Below are positions 56,625-64,000 of a DNA stretch of 64,000 nt, piece by piece. The DNA is from the human T2T-CHM13v2.0 reference genome, Homo sapiens. The stretch is taken from assembly GCF_009914755.1 (NCBI RefSeq), contig NC_060932.1. One strand, given 5' to 3'. The position numbers and the translations under genes are program-made. Each line of letters starts with the position of its first letter. The stretch's first letter is position 1. The notes below the pieces were generated by a model. The model had not been told where the DNA came from, ran no database searches, and saw only the letters and a program-made list of their open reading frames with translations.

Positions 56625-57234
56625 AGAAGTATAGCAAATACATATGGATTTGTAAGAGACTTCCTAACAAAATTGCATCTTTAGTTACTTTTCCAATTTT
56701 TTTCTGATATGAAGAAGCACCAGGATGAATCATCTACAGTGGCTGAGGACTATTGATTATGTTTGATAGGAAGGACATGACACCACCCATGTGACTTCTT
56801 TTGAATGGTATTAATTATGGGAGTCATTACTGTGTTCCAGTGCTCTAGTGTCTATCATCTGCCACGCAAATTCAAATGCAGCCTCACTGGATGGTTTCTT
56901 AGACCATCGAATTAGACCACATGACATGGCAGCATGTTGGGAAGATGATCAATGGGAGAAGCTCTAGGATAAATTACTTCTGCTTGAAAAATATATTGCC
57001 TACCTGGGTAAAAATGTAATTGTGACTGTAGAAATGGAAGAAATCAATTATAAAAATAATGATTGCCTCAGATTGTTTATAATGAATTCAGTATTTTTTT
57101 ATTTGCTAAGTTCGTAAGCAAACTGGAAAGATAGACTGAGAGGAGAAATGGAGTACATGAAAGTTTAAGGATGATCAAATGAACTAATTTTCTTCTTTAA
57201 GTTAATGTTTTGAATGTACATAAAGGTAAATGAA

Positions 57235-57411
57235 TTATGTTCAAATATACTGATACATTTTCACAAACAGAAAATACCCATCCACCCATATCAAGTCACT
57301 GAACATTACCAGCATCTCAGAACCTTGCCATTGGGCCCCTTTTTAGGCTGCCATCCCCCACCTTCCATCCCATATGACTGTCTTGACTTTTAACCTCATA
57401 CATTTATTTTG
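57235..57411 (-). mobile_element. L1ME-type 3' UTR fragment
   Basis: atcaagtcactgaacattaccagcatctcagaa...tcttgacttttaacctcata. Confidence 0.55.
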
Positions 57412-57769
57412 AAGCTGGCATTATTTTGGTGGGGGGAGGGGACAAATGCAGGCAGGGTAAAAGGATAAAATGAGTATTCAGATCATTCAGAATAAAAAAT
57501 CCTCTAGAGAACAAAAAAAAAAATGAAGAATAGTGAATTGGTGTTGGTTTTGGTGAAGCAGCAGAAATGGAAATAGTAGGCAAAGAAGAAAAGTAATCTA
57601 TATACAAATAATATAAAATGATTTTTTCAGGGGTCATATTTAAAAACATAGTTTGGTTATTTTGAAAGTCATTTTATGAGTGCATATGTGGCCTTCTTGA
57701 TAGATTAGAAGTACTTCAGATATGAAGACTGCTAGAATCTGTTCACAGTAATTTTTCCAAAAAGCATTT

Positions 57770-57905
57770 GGATAGTGCTAATATTTGGATATTGCTAATA
57801 TTTAAAATCACAGGCTGGGATAGTGCTAATATTTAAAATCACAGGCTGGGATAGTGCTAATATTTAAAATCACAGGCTGGGATAGTGCTAATATTTAAAA
57901 TCACA

Positions 57906-57910
<5 letters not shown>
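57770..57910. repeat. 31-bp minisatellite x4 plus a 17-bp partial copy, spanning the Alu 5' junction
   Basis: ggatagtgctaatatttaaaatcacaggctg at 57787 (one mismatch), 57818, 57849 and 57880. Confidence 0.95.
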
Positions 57911-58230
<320 letters not shown>

Positions 58231-58664
58231 TAAAATCACATGGTAGTATAATATATAAGGCCATGAAGAAAACATTTAGGGATAGATAAAGTGTGTTATT
58301 TGACTGCCAACAGTAGTTGTACAATGGACATGAATGGCATCTATTCTCAAACAGAGCACCTGAACATAGATATGCCCTGGTCATGGGTGCTGAGGAGGAA
58401 GTTGGCTGCTGGGGACCTTCTACAGGAGAGAGTAGAGGAGTTTTAGAGAGAGGAATACAGTTCTGCTTCCTGGAATTGAGGTTTCACCTCCATGAGAAAT
58501 AAGCAGTGATAAATAGTAAAAAGTTCAGAATGGGGAGATTCAAAAAAGATTTGAAAATCAGCATTCTTGCCAAATGAAGCTTCTATGGAATGGAGGTGGT
58601 AGAAGAGGAGAGGGTTGGCCTGAAAGAGCTACCTATAGCAGGTGTATGAGAACCACGTGAGCTT

Positions 58665-59561
58665 CACAGGGGTGATTGCTACCTCTCTCTTTTCTTGGGC
58701 CTAGGCCAGTTTTAGAGGAGTTCCCAAGCATTGTCATGAGGCGGCCAGTGTGCTCACTGGATGGGATGGCCTGGGCTTGTGCATGCCCCGAGGGCTCTCC
58801 TGGGAGCCTTCCCTTTTCCCAGTCACTGTCTGAGCCACAGAAGCAGTGCACTCATTGGATGTCTGTTCTTAACGTAGCTTCTCTTTCTACATTAAAAAAG
58901 AATCATTATTGCATGTTGGAAAGCAGTGCTCATCAAAAGCAACTTTTAGAACCTATTTTATTGTTCCTTTAAATGTTCTCTCCCACTGAAACTGCCCTGG
59001 AGAGGCTAGCTGCCGCTCTTCCATTTCCCAACATCAGGGTATTCTCCACATCACTGAGTGGAGATGACTCCAGATGTGTTTAAAGACTGGACAATTCACC
59101 TATACTGTGTAGGGAATTACCTCCTTAATTACCTGCTAGAATTGTCAGCAGACATGTTCATCCAATGATAGTACTGCAGTTTTCTATTAATAATTTGCAG
59201 ACTTTTATCTAACCTGCATTCATGTACAGATTATTAAAATTTTTAAAATGTAACTGATCAGTATTGATCAATCATTGTCTTGTTTTTTTTACAGTGTATA
59301 TTTCTAATCATATTTTTTAAAACCAAGAGAACTGGTTGAATGAATGTTTATTTTCCTGAAGATATTTTTAAGATGAAGCTTCCTAGTGGCCTGTAAACTT
59401 TGCATATGTATGTAGTTTGATACATATTGTCATATTTGAAAATCTTGTGTTATAACTGGTTTTATACAAAATATCGAATAGTGGAAATTGTATAATTACA
59501 ATCATGTAATTAAAAGTATTAACCCAACAACAACAACAACACCAAAAAAAAAAAAAAAAGA
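58665..59561 (+). pseudogene. 5'-truncated processed retrocopy of an mRNA 3' UTR (parent gene not identified)
   Basis: 17-bp TSD gagaaccac(g/c)tgagctt at 58648-58664 and 59562-59578; ATTAAA at 59509-59514; (CAA)n/polyA tail 59526-59559; non-TE, AU-rich body. Confidence 0.85.
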
Positions 59562-60427
59562 GAGAACCACCTGAGCTTGCCTAATAAGCGCAAAGGGATG
59601 TAATGCAACTTATGCGGTGAAACATCACATATGTTCACCATTCCTTTTCCTTCAAAGAATGTACTTAGGACTTTTAAAAACTAGCAGCTTTGTATCATTT
59701 AATTGTACAATGATCTTGAAACAAAGATCATTGAAACATTTTTGGTAACTGAATGCTCATTTGAAGCATTCTTGGCATTTATCTTGATGTAGTCTGTTTA
59801 AACCTTTTCCAAAAGTCATGCCAGTTGATGCAATTCTTAAAAGTACCAAACACACCCATTGAAACTGCCCCCGTGGTACTAAAGAAACATATCTACAGAT
59901 GATTTAGTAAAAGAGCCAGTGTCGTTTGATGACTCTCTGCATTCTGGGTCTTGATATCTGGGTAAGAAACTTGTCAGACATGTCTCCTTGATTCCAGCTG
60001 GTGTTTTATCTCCCATCTTCAAGGAAGGAAATTATTGGGGAGAAACATAAGCAGCATGATGCATGCTGCCAACCACAAAAGGCCCTGCCAAGTCCACAAT
60101 CAATAATATGCCAATTTGTTTTCAAATGCTTTTTGTACTGATTGTGTTAAAAGGTCTCTAAATGTATATGGCTTATCTGCACTGTGGTCTGAATTATATG
60201 GGATGGTGGCAGTTGATTAGCAGTGGGATATCAGTGTGTCTAAGTTGCAAAGAGAAGATTATGAGGTCAGACGCATTCCCATTGCAGGTTTGCATCTGCA
60301 CATGTTGTGCCCCTTAGAGTCAGAGGGAACTCAGAGCTCACTGGATCACTAAGGGAAAAGGATATGGCACAATGGGGGAGGCTGTGTCTCAGGATCTGCA
60401 ATTCTACATCTAAAAATGTCACCTCAC

Positions 60428-60518
60428 CTGTTAAAATGGATCGACAAATGACAAGTGCAAACAATCAAATATCAAAGTCGATGGGCTGGATTGATGGTAG
60501 CATTGAGTCAGCATCTCC
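60428..60518 (-). other. Candidate 91-nt exon, minus strand
   Basis: Minus-strand acceptor aagcattttctgtttAG|g and donor aacag|GTGAGG. Confidence 0.3.
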
Positions 60519-60741
60519 CTAAACAGAAAATGCTTAAAGATTGACTTCACACATAGAAATACAAGCTGCGCTTTTGAAAATTTGAGATGGAAATTATGCC
60601 TTAAAACTAATTCTTGCTATAACAAATGGAAAACTAGTTATCTTATCTTGTTTGTACATAGACATAAGCAAAAACACTTTTAAGCCCAAACTCTTATTCG
60701 ACGTTGTATTTTATAGAAATGTAATCTTTTATATCAAGTAG

Positions 60742-60993
60742 TATATCAGAGTTCAGTCAGAGAAGAACCACTAAGGTATATATAACGTGCTAATATATAC
60801 GCTATTGATTATATAATACTTAATAATATTAGATACAAAGCCAGATGATGTGTAATATGTATATAAAGGGATTTATTCCAGGGACTTGACCTCACACAGC
60901 TGTGAGAGCTAGTTAAGCACTTTTGGTGAGGCCGCCATCTTCATGCCTGATCTGGACATTGACTTTTGCAGGGAAGGCAATTGGGAAGGACAG

Positions 60994-61077
<84 letters not shown>

Positions 61078-61493
61078 GAGCTGGAACCCACGTACATGCA
61101 TTGGAATCCATGAGGATGGACTGGACCCTGGGTCAGTCTCTCGATAACTCTAACTTCAGTTTTGTAGGTGTCCTTCATGAGAAAATGGGGCTCTCTCAGA
61201 GAACTAAAACATACACCTTGACCAAAACTTGAAGAGGATGAGGGAGAAACCAGGGTGAGGTGGGACAACTGCAGGCCCAGCTGCTGCTCATTCCAAAGAG
61301 ATGCGCTAGCAGGGCAGCAAAAACATGTGGGCAACAGGGGTCCCTGGTACACATATGGGTCCTGCTTCTCTCCCACCTTCCAAATATTGCATGAAATGTC
61401 TTTTCTTCTACCGTAATGAGAAAGATACTGGGATGGGAATTCTGGAAACCATAGCTTAGTCTAGTCAAAGTGACACATGACAAAGCCACCACA
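60742..61493 (-). mobile_element. MLT2E/F-like ERVL 3' LTR
   Basis: Minus strand starts tgtggtggctttgtcatgtgtcactttgactagact; gggatttattccagggacttgacctcacac; followed by ERVL internal sequence. Confidence 0.7.
60998..61073. repeat. Compound microsatellite (TA)~22 (GA)~14
   Basis: Read directly. Confidence 0.97.
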
Positions 61494-62300
61494 AACTTAT
61501 TACAACTGTCTCATGTACAATAGAAAACATACTAGTCTTTCCTTCCAAAAAAGGATGATGCTTGTTTCTGTACATCATGCTTTTTCTCTGATATCCAGTA
61601 ATACTGAGATATAAAGCTTAACTGCTGCTAACATACCTTATGATAGCTAGTAGAGGAATGGGAGAGAGGACGAAAAAATTGTTAATAACTGCAAACATAT
61701 TAATATTAAAATAAGGAAAATGTTCATAACTATTTAGTTCTCATTTCTATAAATGGTTGTGTGGTCATAGCTAGGACTAAAAACTTCCTCCTTCCACTTC
61801 CCATTCTGTATCTCCTTTGCCTCCAGCAAGCCCTGGGTTCTTACATGTAGGATAACTTAAAACTTCTTCCTGAAGAAGTCTTTCCTGTATTCAATTGTTG
61901 TAGTCTTTTCACGGACTTAAATCACAGGACCTGGGCATATTAAAAGGCACCCTATATTTATCAGATCAATAGCTTCATACTAGGACCCAGAGGTTGTGTT
62001 GATTTGCTTCAATAGTAAAACCACATCTGAAAAAACAGCTGAAATTGGAGTCACAAGTTAAGTTTTTGGTGATAACTATGATTCACTGGGATTTATTTGT
62101 CTTCTGCCCAGGCCAAGTGAGTGAGTTAAATGGGGATGTGCTGGGAATCACCAGCCCTACATATTTCAAGTCCTCAGTGCTGGCACTAATCTCTGCAGTC
62201 TCTTGAAATGTGGTATCACTTTTTGTTTATTATTTAGGTAGACAGAGGCAGTTCCAGTGGCTTCTAAGTAGTCTTTTCTACCGTAATCACCCTCACTCCA
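61494..62300 (-). mobile_element. ERVL internal (3' pol/integrase region) relic
   Basis: ttccacttcccattctgtatctcctttgcctccagcaagc and ttgttgtagtcttttc match the reverse of the ERVL-int 3' end. Right boundary approximate. Confidence 0.6.
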
Positions 62301-62427
62301 CGGGCAAAAATATTGAGAGTGGTTTAGTGAGGCAGTGGTGGCTTAGGATCTCTCATGAGATTACAATCAAGGTGTTGGTAGGGACTTCAGTCATATGAAG
62401 GCTGGACCGGGGCTAGAGGATCTGCTG

Positions 62428-64000
62428 TAATCAAGACAATGAAGAAATGATCAAAGGATTAACATAGATCAATTGAATGATAGAGTCCAGAAATAAACCT
62501 ACATGTATATGAACAAATGATTTTTGCCAGTGAATTAAGTGGGAAAAAGAAGTGATATTGAAACAATTGGATATCCATACAGAAGAAAGCTAGCATCAAG
62601 CCTTACATTACATCAGACTCCAAGATTAACTTAAAATGTCACACAAACCCAAATGTAAACGCTTAAACTATAAAACTTCTAGGAGAAAGTAAAATATTTG
62701 TTATTTTTCTATAGGCAAATATTACTTAGGACACAAAAAGCATTAACCATTAAGGAAAAGTTGACAAACTAGACTTTATCAAAATCAAAGACACTTTTTA
62801 AGAAAAGGAAAATGAAAGCCACAGACTGGGAGAAAATACTTACAATATATGTATCTAAAAAAGGCCTTGTACGCAGAACATATAACGATTTGGTGAACCT
62901 CAATAAGAAGGTCAAAAACCTTTGAAGGATTGTAAAATATTTGAACAGACTTTTACACAAGAAAAGAAAGGAATGTCAAGTAAGCCTATGAAAAGATATT
63001 GAGCATCTTATCAAGAAAATGTACATGAAATACCACTACACATCCATTAGAATGAATAAAATTTAAAAGACTGACAGTACCCAATATTAGTGATGATGTG
63101 GTACAACTGCAACTTTTAGCCATTGGTGGGAATGAAAGATGCTAAACCACTTTGAAAACAATTTCGCAGTTTCTTAAGAAGCTAAGCATACACCTCAGAT
63201 ATGACCCACTCCTTTCATTCCTGTGTATTAGTCAAGAGAAATAAAATTTAACATGTAATGACTTGTATGCAAATATTTACAGCAGCATTATTTATAATAG
63301 CCAAAAACTAGAAGCAACTCAAATGTCCATCACACGTTTTCTCCCATTTGCCAGGTTCACTCTATTGACTGTTTTGGTGTGCAGGAACTTTTTAGCTCAA
63401 TGCAATCCCAATTGTCTATTTTTGCTTGTGTTGCCAGTGCTTTGGAGGTTTTTATCTAAAAAACCTTTGCCCAGACTAATGTCCTGTATTTTCCCCAATA
63501 TTTTATTCCTGTAGTTTCATAGTTTCAGGTCTTACATTTAAGTCTTTAATCCATTTTGAGTTGGTTTTTGTATATGGTGAATGATAAGGACCTAGTTTAA
63601 TTTTTCTGCATATGGATATCCAGTTTTCCCCACACCATTTATTAAAGAGTCTGTCCTTTCTCCAGTGTATGTTCTTGATGCCTTTGTCGACCAACAAATG
63701 GATAAGCAAAGTTGATATATCCATACAATAGATATGACTCAGAAATAAAAAGGAGTAAATTACTGATACAGCAATGATCAGTAGAATGATCAGGAGATAT
63801 ATCAGAATCATTACGCTGAGTGAAAGAAGCAAATACAAAATAGTATGCACTATATGATTCCATATATATTAAATTCTGGGAAATGAAAACTAATTTACAG
63901 TGACATAAACAGATAAGTTGTTGCCTGGTGCCAGGAACTGAGAAAGGAATGGATTGTGAAGGGGCATGAAAAAAACTTTAGAGGTAATGGAGACATTCTG
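62428..64000 (+). mobile_element. Old L1M (L1MB/MC/ME) ORF2 3' end and 3' UTR
   Basis: gagtccagaaataaacc...aactataaaacttctaggag...aagccacagactgggagaaaata...gcagcattatttataatagccaaaaactag...tatgattccat. Confidence 0.85.
63336..63690 (-). mobile_element. Internal L1 ORF2 fragment (younger subfamily) inserted in reverse inside the old L1
   Basis: ORF track 63503-63850 [31 protein letters not shown]; no polyA or TSD visible. Confidence 0.8.

Noticed and set aside
58676-58972. 98-aa ORF in the retrocopy as parent CDS
   Set aside because: Non-ATG start and no protein family recognised; sequence reads as 3' UTR.

Overview
This is primate (hominoid-like) nuclear DNA, intergenic or deep intronic, dominated by interspersed repeats. 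It holds about 14 Alus (AluS and AluY), a full-length but dead L1PA7-like element (~29.7-37.1 kb, minus) carrying three Alus, and an old L1M element that keeps its 5' end (~12.7-18.3 kb). There are also more than 20 LTR elements (ERV1/MER4 group, MaLR, ERVL), hAT MITEs and MIR/L2 relics. No intact protein-coding gene, RNA gene or CRISPR array is supported; the ORF track consists of L1/Alu fragments and chance ORFs. The best leads are: (1) a CpG-retaining ERV1 LTR plus Alu module at 52.46-53.29 kb with NRF1 motifs and a 14-bp R-region hairpin, suggesting a germline-unmethylated LTR promoter; (2) a TSD-flanked retrocopy made only of an mRNA 3' UTR (58.67-59.56 kb); (3) several isolated candidate exons of unannotated transcripts; (4) mechanistic scars (Alu-Alu gene conversion, a minisatellite born at an Alu junction, twin priming, template-switch palindromes, a very young 100-bp L1). 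Repeat subfamily names come from my recollection of consensus sequences and need Dfam/RepeatMasker confirmation. I cannot demonstrate a novel biological system from the sequence alone.
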